From Octopus vulgaris (Eukaryota): a stretch of 64,000 nt of DNA. Position numbers and translations under genes: made by a program. This document shows, in pieces, positions 1 through 11,495 of this stretch (position 1 is its first letter; the number at the start of each line of letters is the position of its first letter). The notes under the pieces are model-generated. The model was given only the letters and a program-made list of their open reading frames with translations. It searched no databases and had not been told where the DNA came from. The stretch lies in the NCBI GenBank assembly GCA_951406725.2, contig OX597825.1, positions 30,938,001-31,002,000 of the forward strand. Direction: 5' to 3'.

Positions 1-712
1 TCAGTGAAAGAAAGTCTTTAAAAACTTATGGAACGTTGAAGCAAAGTTATTGTCTGTGTCTGGAGTGTATATCTCTTAGTTTGCCTATCTTAATTTATAT
101 TCTCTCTACAAAAACTGCTGTTTAAAGAAGGCCTGGAGTTGTAATTAGCAGATACTTTTGCCAAGAATATGACACAAGCAAATTTTGAAAGTACAAGTCT
201 TCCAATATAAAATCATATAAGACTGAGTGCAGGTATGAGCACATGGTTAAGCAGTTTGCTTTGAAACTACACGGTTCTGAGTTCACTCCCACAGTAAATC
301 ACCTTCAGGAAATGCTATTTATCATACTTTTGTCTCAACCCAAGCAGTGTTAGTGAAATCAAATTGATGGGGGATTTTTAGGGTATTAATTAGCAAAATT
401 CAGTGAACATCCAATCAAGGCAAATTTCAATGGCCGTGTCCATCCATTTGTAAATAAGCAGGCAACAAAAGTGGAATAGTTTACCTTTGTAAACATGTGC
501 AGAAGGAACAATTTAAGGGATTACTTAATCTGTTATGAAATAAATAGCAACCAAATCTCTCTTGAAATGCATCACACCAATGTTTTAAAGAAGTGATATA
601 TACATTAGTTAAAGAATTCCTTGGAATACGACTAGAAAGGCAGGCTGATCAAAGTTGAAGCACTTCTGATCACAAGTTTGGTTAAGACTTACCAGGGGCT
701 AAACAATAACTG

Positions 713-870
713 CAGTGGCTGTGTGGTAAGTAGCTAGCTTACAAACCACATGGTTCCGGGTTCAGTCCCACTGAGTGGCACCTTGGGTAAGTGTTTTCTA
801 CTATAGCATCAGGCTGACCAAAGCCTTGTGAGTGGATTTGGTAGACGGAAGCTGAAAGAAGCCCGTCGTA
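713..870 (+). mobile_element. tRNA-derived SINE family A, 5' half
   Basis: A-box-like TGGCTGTGTGG and B-box-like GGTTCAGTCCC, then GTGGCACCTTGGG...GAAGCCCGTCG; ends in (TA)n; the same sequence recurs more than 10 times in the window. Confidence 0.85.
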
Positions 871-1051
871 TATATATATAGCAAAATTTAGCAAAAATAA
901 TCCATATTTTTATTGCTTTTTCTTTTGTCTTGCTCGATTATGTTTTGGTTGTTTTGCTAAATTTTTGTTGAGAACATTTCTTAGTGGTAAGACCATAGTG
1001 GATCTATTTCTAGCATAAGGGTGTCCACATAGTGGTTTCCCTTTAATATGT

Positions 1052-1098
<47 letters not shown>

Positions 1099-1244
1099 TC
1101 CAATTAGAAGTTAAATAAGTCTTATTAAGGGATAATAATATCCAATGAATTTACTGGTTTATTACCTATTATTTGTTTTGAATGTAAGTTTTAATACTCA
1201 AAAATAGGTAATTAAATAATCTGTGGTTTATATTTATTTAAGAA

Positions 1245-1630
1245 AAATAAGAAAGTAGAGATAAATAATTCAATAATTATATTTATTAATTACAAAAATA
1301 GTCATACTCCCTGACAGCTGTTTCGATTCAGACTTTAAAAATTTAATAAAAAATAATTAAATCATTATACTTTCTTTCCCCACTTTATAAGGCCTATACC
1401 AAATTTTTCTATGAAACAATACTCAGTTAGCTGAAATGCTTTGTACACTTAATACATAAAAACATAAAAATGCAATAGTATATCTTTTTATATTTCTGAC
1501 GAGATTCAATTTTATGATTTAATTATATTGATTAAATTTTTAAAGTCTGAATCAAAACAGCTGTCAGGGATTATGTCTGTTTTTTGTAATTAAATATAAT
1601 TATTAATTCATTTATCTCTATTTTCTTTTA
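1245..1630. repeat. Inverted-repeat element (arms ~1250-1366 and ~1514-1628) containing a degenerate hammerhead motif; Penelope-pLTR-like
   Basis: CCCTGACAGCTGTTTCGATTCAGACTTTAAAAATTTAAT versus ATTAAATTTTTAAAGTCTGAATCAAAACAGCTGTCAGGG; lies between (TA)n tracts. Confidence 0.75.
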
Positions 1631-1636
1631 TATATA

Positions 1637-1733
<97 letters not shown>

Positions 1734-1749
1734 TATATATATACACATA

Positions 1750-2520
1750 TATGAGGGCATGTCAAAAATTATCCACACTTTCACCATAACATATCTTTAT
1801 CATTGTCACGCTGTCTTCAGCACAGGTGGGCTTATAGTTGGTACTATTGTGGTCAGATGATCAAAATTTGAGCCTGATCATGCCATTTTTCTTTCTGGCT
1901 TCACAGTGTAAGGATGGCTGCTTCACTAGCAATGTGCACCAAAGAAGAACAAAGAGCAGTGATCCGATTTCTCTGGTTGGAAGGTATGTCAGGTGCTGAA
2001 ATTCATCAGTGGCTTTTAGCACAATACAGGGACACCCATCAACCTCCACAAATGATGAGAAGATTCAGCAAGTTCGAGAGATGGTAATGGTGAACCGGCA
2101 AGTTATCATCGATGAGGTAGTTTGTTCTCTGCAGGTTAGTCATGGTTCTACTTATCAAATAATCCATGATGAGCTCAGTTTCCATAAAGTCTGTGCAAGA
2201 TGGGTGCCAAGAGAGCTTACTGCAGAGCATAAGTGCAAATGTCTTGGGGTCTGCCGTTTACTTGATTGCTATAACAATGAAGGTGAGGAATTTTTGAGCA
2301 GAATTGTCACAGGAGATGAAACATGAATCCATCATTATGAGACAGAGTATGGAGTGGAAACATTCTGGCTTGCCAGTGACGAAGAAATTCAAGACTCAGT
2401 CTTCCATGGAAAAGGTGATACTAACCCTTCTTTTGAGACTCAAAAGGGGCCTATACTGGAAGACTACCTGGAAAAGGGGTGTACGATCAACAATGCAAGA
2501 TACAGTGTGTAGTGATGCTT
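1750..2520 (+). mobile_element. Decayed mariner (Tc1/mariner superfamily) transposon, 5' part with disrupted transposase
   Basis: TA-TGAGGG terminus; ATG at 1914 reads MAASLAMCTKEEQRAVIRFLW; then KVCARWVPRELT (WVPHEL motif), RIVTGDET (first catalytic Asp), RQSMEW and GCTINNARY; stops, frameshifts and an internal deletion. Confidence 0.9.
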
Positions 2521-2801
2521 CTGAGGAAGTCCATTCTTTACACACCATGTAATATATGTAGCCCTAACTGATACATAAACAGGGTTACAAGATGCCTAGG
2601 ATCATTACACAAATGTTGAACATCACATGGACTGCTATACTGACCACTTGAATAATAAATAGTCAAATTAGACAGACAAACAGACAGACAGATAAACATG
2701 TAGATAGGTGGACAGATATTCAGGCAGAGACACACAAACAGGTAGATGGCTAGAATGGCAGATGCTGTGGTAAATTAAGATGGTATAAAAGCTAAGAGAT
2801 A

Positions 2802-3034
2802 GGCGGCGAGCTGGCAGAAACGTTAGCACGCTGGGCGAAATGCCTAGCAGTATTTCGTCTGCTGTTACGTTCTGAGTTCAAATTCCGCCGAGGTCGACTT
2901 TACCTTTCATCCTTCCGGGGTTGATTAAATAAGTACCAGTTATGCACTGGGGTCGATATAATCGACTTAATCCGTTTGTCTGTCCTTGTTTGTCCTCTCT
3001 GTGTTTAGCCCCTTGTGGGTAGTAAAGAAATAGG
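2802..3034 (+). mobile_element. Full-length tRNA-derived SINE family B with target-site duplication
   Basis: GGCGGCGAGCTGGCAGAAACGTTAG...GAGTTCAAATTCC head; flanked by GGTATAAAAGCTAAGAGATAG at 2782-2802 and 3033-3053; near-identical copy at 59236-59461. Confidence 0.9.
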
Positions 3035-4010
3035 TATAAAAGCTAAGAGATAGACATAATTGCATTATATAACAAATAATATTGTAAAAAAGTATTACAG
3101 ATTAACAAGGTTTTACAAGAGAAGCAGAAAGGTAGCACAAAGAGGTATGCACAAGTCTGATGCTTTCATCAAAATATTTTTACTAAATGTAGACACTTCA
3201 ATGAATTCAAGCTGAATGACCTCATTTGATTGATGAAACCCAGCTATTGTATAATGGCCTTTTGTTGGTCTAGGCAATGACTATATGGGGTTCTGAATTT
3301 TTACATTTCACTATTCTACATTCAATGTCACCAAACATCAACCTGTGTTCTGATTGATATGCTTACTCTACAATTTGCTATCTTCTTCCTATATCACAAT
3401 GCTAAATAACCTATATCGATTATATTACTATACACTCAATATATACCTGTGCACTTGGATGAGTATAATTATAATGGTGGACAAACAAAAGAAAGTGGCA
3501 CTCAATGCATTTGGTAGCAGTTAGATAAATTCTTCTGAATGAGATGGATCCATACTACACACTCAAATATTTAAGTTATATGCAGCTGAGTTAAACTGTT
3601 ATTAAAATATATTATGTGTGCAGGTGAGAGTGCATGCACGTGTGTGTACATGTATGTGTGTGAGTGTACAGGGATACCTATGCATGTGTACAAGTATGTG
3701 CATGTGTATATATAAGCCTTATTGCTTGACATCCTCATCTATTGACATCTTATCATGAATATATCCAGCTGGATATTGACAAAACGTTTCCATAGAAATG
3801 AGCACCAAAATTCAACTGCCATTCAAGAGAAAACTTTTACATGAATATATGTGTGTGCTTGTGTGTATTATATATTATATGTGTGTGCTTTTGTGTATTA
3901 TATATTATATGTGTGTGTGTGTGTGTATATATATATAATATATATATTATAATATAATATATATAATATATATATACATAATGATGATGATGATGATGAT
4001 GATAATTTCT

Positions 4011-4047
<37 letters not shown>

Positions 4048-4051
<4 letters not shown>

Positions 4052-4220
4052 TCATCGTTTAACGCCCATTTTCCATGCAAGCATGGGTTGGATGGTTCAA
4101 CCGGGGTCTGGGAAGCCAGAAGGCTGCTCCAGGCTCCAGTCTGATCTGGCAGTGTTTCTACGACTGGATGCCCTTCCTAACGCCAACCACTCTGTGAGTG
4201 TAGTGAGTGCTTTTTTACGT
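4048..4220 (-). mobile_element. Repeat family C (3' end of RTE-like LINE, or SINE tail) ending in (GAT)n
   Basis: Reverse complement of GGCGTTAGGAAGGGCATCCAG...ACGTTAAACGATGATG; many copies in the window. Confidence 0.85.
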
Positions 4221-4339
4221 ATATATATATATATATAACGGGAAGCTTTATGAAAATAGACAAAAGACGAAGGCAGGTTTACGGAAATATATATATATAG
4301 GTAGATGGTTGAAAAGGAACACAAAAGTTGATATGTATA

Positions 4340-4612
4340 AGGAAAATAAATCAAGGTAGAAAATGCTAAAATAATTTTTATCATAAAAAACATTTTAGTA
4401 TCGGTTTCAGTCATTGAGACTTTTTCAACTCTAAGTATGGAAAACAATTAAATTTTGGAAAAATTAAATGGAAAGTTTTTCGAAAGAATATTTGCATAGT
4501 ATTCAAATACAAGGGGCATTTTCCTTATTTCCTTGTTTCTGCCTGTCTCTGTCTCTCTTTTTCACTCTTGTGGGTTGATAAAATTATTTTAGCATTTTCT
4601 GCCTTGACTTAT
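4340..4612. repeat. Inverted-repeat element with a variant hammerhead-like motif (4395-4434, minus)
   Basis: TCAAGGTAGAAAATGCTAAAATAATTTTTATCA versus TGATAAAATTATTTTAGCATTTTCTGCCTTGA. Confidence 0.6.
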
Positions 4613-4700
4613 TTTTCTCATATATATATACACACACACGTACACACACACACACAAATCAGTAAATGGTGGTGTTCTGATAACCGCACTCGGAGAAATG

Positions 4701-4870
4701 ATAGGAGACGAAAAAATAATAAAGCAGAATGCTAAATTTAAAGTAAATTGTAATAAAAATGGGTATATGAAAAATTAAAAATTAAAATAATTTTTAATTT
4801 TTCATACAACCATTTTTATTAAAATTTACTTTCAATTTAGCATTCTGCCATATTATTTTTTCCTCTCCTA

Positions 4871-4871
<1 letters not shown>
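4701..4871. repeat. Near-perfect ~170-bp palindrome (foldback)
   Basis: ATAGGAGA...GCAGAATGCTAAATT...ATGAAAAATTAAAAATTA mirrored by TAATTTTTAATTTTTCAT...AATTTAGCATTCTGC...TCTCCTAT. Confidence 0.85.
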
Positions 4872-4924
<53 letters not shown>

Positions 4925-4929
4925 TAGAT

Positions 4930-4991
<62 letters not shown>

Positions 4992-5463
4992 ATATATATG
5001 TATGTATGTATATATACAGATAGGTAACAGAAGCTATCAACTACTTCTAGTTTCTTCCTCTGGCATGTGATGGAATATATATATATGCCTGAAGAATGTT
5101 CTATTTAGCATGAAACTTGGAAAATCAGTCCTGATTATTGACTGCATATGTAAATACATAAACATATCAAGACAAGACTGCAACTCCATAAGCAAATCTT
5201 TTTTATCTTATTTATTAATGCTTTTTTAAAAAAATCTAGCTATCCATCTTTGGCTTCTGACTCTCAGTTGACCAATCTGTATGTTAACAGCCACTGCTCA
5301 TGTTAAGTGGAGCTTGAAGACAGGTGGGTGGAAGATGAAATATACACATACTTACAAACAGACATGCATATATATATATATGTGCGTGTATAACATAAAT
5401 AAATATATGTATGTATGTATGGATATATATACATATATATACACATATTTGTGTGTGTGTATA

Positions 5464-5518
<55 letters not shown>

Positions 5519-6678
5519 TGATATATATATATATATATATATATAAATATAAAGTTAAACCAAACATGAAAGCACAAAAAAACACAACAACGCGAAGACG
5601 TGGAACAAATATAGTATTATTAGATGCTCACGAAAGAAGGAAAGAAGGAGGGTTCAAAGTTTCAAGCGAAGCTCTTCGTCGGAAACATAGGAGAAGGAAA
5701 GATCCAGAGAAGGGAAGACAGAGGAAAAAAAATTGCCAACGGTACACACATGGTCACATCTTGAATATATATATATATATGTATGTATGTATTTACATAT
5801 GTGTGTGCATATAAATAGAAATATATATATATATATACACACACATATATATATACACATACATACATGTATTTATATAATATAGTTATCATTATTATTA
5901 TGATATATCTGTTTCTAAATGTGTGTTTATACTTGCATCCATGAAAGCAAATATTTACACCAGATATTGTAAACAAAAATGCAATTCTGAGAAACAATGA
6001 CAAATCCATGTATTTCTTGCTTTCCAAGAAAACATGAAACCATTAGTCGGTTTGACAGGTAAGGAAGGGAAAGGTGTGAGGGTCAATCACCCTCAGGGGC
6101 ACTCACAAACATTTTTTTGCTTTTCCCTCAAATTGTTGTTGGCAAATATAATCTATTTAATACTGTTTGTATTAAAACCCATCTTAGCTATTAATTTCAT
6201 CAAGGTTCTTAGGCCACTCCAAGTGGATGCAATTCCATTAATAAAAAATGAAGGAAATGGCAAAGTAGGTTAACACTTTCTAACAAATGTGGTTAAGATT
6301 CTTTTTAAAGGTTGTTGTGAAAGTTGGAAAGTAGAGTGCTACTGCAAAACTCTGACTGCTTTTAGTATAGTTCTTGGAGGAGTTTAAAACAGAGAAAGTC
6401 ATATGAAGCTAAATGATATTAGGGTATGATATTGGGGTATGTCATTGGTATATGTCATTGGTATATGTCATTGGTAAAGTGTTGATAAGAAGAAAATGAA
6501 GCGAGAGGAGAATTACTACCAACAACACCACTGCCACTACCACTGCCACCATCACTATCATTATCACTGTCGTTTCGCATCCATTCTTCAAGCTGACATA
6601 AGTTGAATAATTTTTCTGACAGTGTTTTAGTGCCAACTCTCGGAGACCTCATATTAACATGCAAATATATTATACACC

Positions 6679-7176
6679 CTCTTTTAAAACCTAGCAAGGC
6701 TCATGGGCGCAGTTTCCTGGTTTCAATGGCATATGTGTTCCCCAGCTGGACAGGACACCAGTCCATCGCAGTGTTACTCATTTTTGCCAGCTGAGTGGAC
6801 TGGAGCAATGTGAAATGAAGTGTTTTGCTCAAGAACACAACACATCGCCCGGTCCAGGAATCGAAACCACAATCTTATGATCATGATACTGACACCCTAA
6901 CCACTAAGCCATGCACCTCCACAAATAAACGTGCCCTTTTAAAGCCTAGCCAGGCTCATGGGCCCGGTTTCCCGGTTTCCATGGCATATGTGTTCCCCAG
7001 CTGGATGGGACACCAGTCCATCGCAGCGTTACTCCTTATTGCCAGCTGAGTGGACTGGAGTAACGGGAAATGAAGTGTTTTGCTCAAGAACACAACACGT
7101 CGCTCAGTCCAGGAATCGAAACCACAATCTTACGATCATGATACTGACACCATAACCACTAAGCCACGCGCCTCCA
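6679..7176 (-). mobile_element. Head-to-tail dimer of tRNA-derived SINE family D (CORE-like body)
   Basis: Two ~245-bp copies (~6679-6922 and ~6934-7176) starting GTGGAGGCGCGTGGCTTAGTGGTTA on minus, B-box GTTTCGATTCC; the pair is flanked by CAAATATATTATACACC at 6662-6678 and 7177-7193. Confidence 0.9.
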
Positions 7177-7483
7177 CAAATATATTATACACCTGTTCTA
7201 AAACCAGGATACTTGTTTCTTGATAAATGGTATTCTGAAAAGAAGCAGAGGATCCCTCAATACAAACATAGCACAGTCGTGAGAAATGAATGCTGGAGCA
7301 GAAAGTGAAGAGCAAATCACACTCAGAGAGCAGATGAAAGGGAAAAATGTGCTGTGCACTTAAAAGTTGCTGTCTGCTCCTTCTGGCTTGGTGTTGTAAC
7401 TTCACAGGGAAACAGTGAGATGCGGAAAATGAAAAATGTTGCTTTGATGTGAGTTAAAGTTTTGGAAAAATATTCCCTGAGAG

Positions 7484-7541
<58 letters not shown>

Positions 7542-7905
7542 GATGTATATATGTATATATATATGTATATATGTATATATATATGTATATATTTATATAT
7601 ATATATACACACACACATATATACACACTCACCCACACACACACATATATAGGGTGTAGGGAGTGACAGTGTCATGAAGTGCAAAAGTGCAAAAATTATT
7701 GTGATCACCATTTGATATTTGATGTGATGAACAGAATATCCCACAGTAAGTTATATATGGAACATATATAAATATGTGTGTGTGTTTATGTATGTATGTA
7801 TGTATGTATGTATGTATGTATGCATATATGTATAAATATATTTTTTACACATACATACAGGCTTGTATTCTTATTTATACATGCAAAAATATAATGTGTG
7901 TGTTA

Positions 7906-7953
<48 letters not shown>

Positions 7954-8454
7954 AATACATACATATATATACATACATGTGTGTAAGTACATACACATGC
8001 AATATTCATACATATCCACAAATATGTACATCCCCCCCCACACACACACACAGCAACACAACCACATAGACACATACATATTAAAACCTAGATATAACAC
8101 AATTATGATTGACCATATTTTGATTTTTCCCAAGCTGACTACCACCTCTATCTGTACATCAGATCTACCTGCAAGCCCATTCAATAAAAACAAGTGTTCC
8201 ATGGCAGTTTGCCATCCTCCAGTGCAAACCGTTCTAGCATACAGCAGGAAATACGAATCTGCAAAAAGTTTCTGTAAACTTAGCAACCGAAGTGATCAAG
8301 CTGTGTAAGTCCACAAGTCATTTCAAACAACCACTGTTCTTCGGAGATATTGTATAGGTGTGTGCATGTGTATTTGTACTGTTTGTATGTGTATGTTTGC
8401 GTGAGTCTCTGTGTGTGTATGTGTGTGTATATATATATATATATTTATATATAC

Positions 8455-8517
<63 letters not shown>

Positions 8518-8643
8518 CATACATATATATGTATGTATGTGCATATATAAGTTCAGTAAAATTTAGATTCAGATGAATATGGTACTTAAGTTGAGGCACC
8601 ACAATTTAGTATGGTATAATCCATATAATTTAAAATAAGGTGA

Positions 8644-8882
8644 TTATAATCAAAATAAGCAACAAGAATATTCAGAGGTAATGCACTACGATCGTTTCAT
8701 GCAACTCCATTTAATTGAACAAAGCAAACATTACATCAATTTAAAATGTAGAGCAATGCAGCTGAAGATTGCTCTACATTTTAAATTGATGCAATGATTG
8801 CATTGTTCAATTAAATGGAGTCGCATGAAATGATCGTACTGCATTACCTCTGGATATCTTTGTTGCTTATTTTGATTATATA
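8644..8882. repeat. ~240-bp palindrome centred near 8762
   Basis: TAATCAAAATAAGCAACAAG...CAATTTAAAATGTAGAGCAAT mirrored by ATTGCTCTACATTTTAAATTG...TTGTTGCTTATTTTGATTA. Confidence 0.9.
8757..8843 (+). ncRNA. Putative type-I hammerhead ribozyme with long stem II
   Basis: Stem I UGCAG/CUGCA; CUGAAGA (8762-8768); GAAA (8827-8830); U-GAUC-G minimal stem III; GUA cleavage triplet; base of stem II imperfect. Confidence 0.6.
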
Positions 8883-9029
8883 TATATATATATATATTTA
8901 CACACACACAGACACACACACATAGAAACAGAAATGAATAGATGCATAAATAGATATGAGCATTGTATGTCTATGTGTGAATATATAGGTGTTTTGCACT
9001 CCTTCGGTTGAGATGATGAGGGTTCCAGA

Positions 9030-10113
9030 TAAGTACAAGGGTAATACAGCTAGCAATTATAGACCAATCACTTGCTTTCTATTAGTGTGGAAGCTGTTAA
9101 CAGGAATGCTTTCAGAAAGCATTTATGAGTACCTTGACAATCAGGATTTAGTGCCAGAAGAACAAAACGTTTGCTGCAAGAAGGCTAGAGGAATGCACGA
9201 TCTGTTATATATAGACAAAGCAGTTCTAAATGAAATAAAAGCTAGAAGGAAAAATCTAACAATGACATGGATAGATTATAGGAAAGCCTATGACTTGATC
9301 CCACACTCATGGATAAGTGAATGTTTGAGGGTCCTCAGTCTAGCAGACAACATTAGAGAATTAATTAGCTTAAGCATGAAGAAATATAAAGAAGTTCTAT
9401 ACTCAGATGAGGCACTCTTGGGGTAAGTTGATATCAAAAGAAGAATTTTCCAAGGGGACTCGTTGTCCCCTTTAATATTTGTCTTGTGCTTGATCTCTGT
9501 CAGTTTGGTATTAAGAAGGAAGGCAAAAGCAGGGTATCAATTCAGAAATAGTAAGGAAAAAATTAACTATTTGCTCTACATGAATGATCTGAAGCATTTT
9601 AGTAAGAATGAAAATGAGATAGATTCCTTAATACAGACTGTAAAACTCTTCAGCAAAGCTATGGGCATGGAATTTGGCATAGATAAGTGTACAATATCAG
9701 TCATGAAAAGGGGACAGGTAGTCAACAGAGAAGGCATCCAATTACCAGATAGCCAGATATTAAAATCATTAAAAGAAGGAGAGAGTTATAAGTATCCAGG
9801 ACAATTAGAATCTGACAGAGTACTAATGATAGAAATGAAACCGAAAAGTGAGGAGTACATCAGAAGGGTGAGGAAGCTAATGAAGTCAAAACTAAATGGT
9901 CCAAATCTAGTGAAGGCTGCAAATACTTGGGTAGCATCATTACTTAGATACTCAACAGCTTTTGTAGATGAGACAAAAACTGAATTAGTGAAGCTAGACA
10001 GAAGAACTAGGAAGGAATTCAATATGAATGGAGGACTCCACCCAAGGGTAGGAATAACAAGATTATACTTGCCTAGAAAGGAAGGCAGAAGAGGGTTAAT
10101 ATCAGTACAAGAT
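9030..10113 (+). pseudogene. Reverse-transcriptase fragment of an R4/Dong-type non-LTR retrotransposon, disrupted
   Basis: SNYRPITC, LVPEEQ, WIDYRKAYDLIPHSWI, IFQGDSLSPLIF, LLYMNDLK (YMDD decayed), GMEFGIDKC and RLYLPRKEGRRGL; in-frame stop at 9424-9426. Confidence 0.9.
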
Positions 10114-11380
10114 TTCTATTGGAGGAAGGTCTTCAACAGTTATTTTCTCCTTCTCTATTTCTCTGTAGAATACTTTCACATTGGATGTGAACAGCTTATT
10201 TTGCTTCCAAAACTTGTTTCTTTTCTCAAATCTTTGTATTCTTTGAGCTTTTGCTTGAACCTTTTGTTGCAGTGTTTCTTTTGTTGAAAATCTATGTTAT
10301 CACTTCATCTTTCTCCTTTTCTGGATATTACATCATTTCCACAGGTTAGTTCATTCAATATCGATATTTCACATCTCATCATTTCTTTTCCAATTTTTCT
10401 TTTCCAGTTTGGAATTCTTCTCAGGTTTGTATCTCTTTGCTTTTTCTGAGGCATACAGAAATAATTTGTAAGGAAATTATTTCCTTACAGTTTCAATTGT
10501 CTTAGCAGCTGTGTAAATATTTCATTTAATTCTATGAGATCTGGTGTTAGTTCTTGTATAATTATTTTTTGTTACATAGTTTCCAATTTTAACTTGTTTT
10601 TTATTCTGGATTGTATTTGAGAGTTTATGAAGTGGTTCTTTATCATGCATATTGGCATGTCTTACAGCTTCAAGCTTATTCAGGATTTTCTGCTTCATTT
10701 CTGTCATTGACTCTCTATGTTCTTCAAATTTTGCTTCTTTACCACTTTTCTCACTATCTTTATCAGGTTCCTTACAAATTATTTCTTCAGATGTTTGCCT
10801 GTTCTGGTCAGATGGCAGTCTTTCAGTTGAAACTCGTGAAGTGTTGCTCTCTTCGTCTGGTTCTTCATTTCCTTTCTGTCTTATATTTCAGTCATTTTCT
10901 GTCGCATGCTTTGTCATGGATATTTCATTATCTGTGAGTTTTTTTATTTCTGAAGATATCCTTCCTAACAATTTCTAACTTGTTTTCATCCAAATATAGT
11001 CCACTGCTTTGATTTTGTGTTCTCCATATTTCCTAAGAGTGTGCAGTGTATTTCTCTTCAGATGGTCTACCTAATGTACAATAATAGGCATATATTCTGT
11101 ATACTCTTCTCAACTCCATTTGATACTCTTACATTTTTCTTTCTGTAGTGGGTATGGTGGTGGACTTGGAGGGCTTGAGTTGGGGCAGTCCCCATTCAAG
11201 TGACCATCCAGGTTCATATTCAGATAAGAGTTTGTGCCAGTGGGTGACTTTTCGACCCCAGGCTGGCTCTCACCTGGGGGACGTACTTCCAGGTTAACCA
11301 TAGGACAAGCGATTTGGTGTTCTGTTGTAGTTTTCCTTTTGCTTTTGTAAGACATGTTTGTGCGACATTAAAATCATTAA
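10111..11380 (-). pseudogene. N-terminal ORF region of an R4/Dong-type LINE, opposite orientation to the adjacent RT fragment
   Basis: Manual minus-strand translation gives LIELNE..YTAAKTI, IPNWKRKI..CEISILNEL and LQQKVQAKAQRIQRFEKRNKFWKQNKLFTSNVKVFYREI, typical of the region upstream of RT in this clade; frameshifted. Confidence 0.7.
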
Positions 11381-11382
11381 TA

Positions 11383-11495
11383 TTGGAGCCTGGTGCAGCC
11401 ATCTGGTTCGCCAGCCCTCAGTCAAAATCATCCAACCCATGCTAGCATGGAAAGCAGACGTTAAACGATGATGATGATGATAAAGATGATGATGA
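11383..11495 (+). mobile_element. Repeat family C 3' tail with (GAT)n
   Basis: TGGAGCCTGGTGCAGCC...CCAACCCATGCTAGCATGGAAAGCAGACGTTAAACGATGATG. Confidence 0.85.

Noticed and set aside
5089-5120. CUGAAGA-AUGUU/AGCAU-GAAAC as a functional hammerhead
   Set aside because: No cleavage triplet with a matching stem I downstream; counted only as a remnant
5651-5686. Hammerhead-like motif on the minus strand as an active ribozyme
   Set aside because: Core reads CCGACGA and the cleavage-site region is degenerate; remnant only
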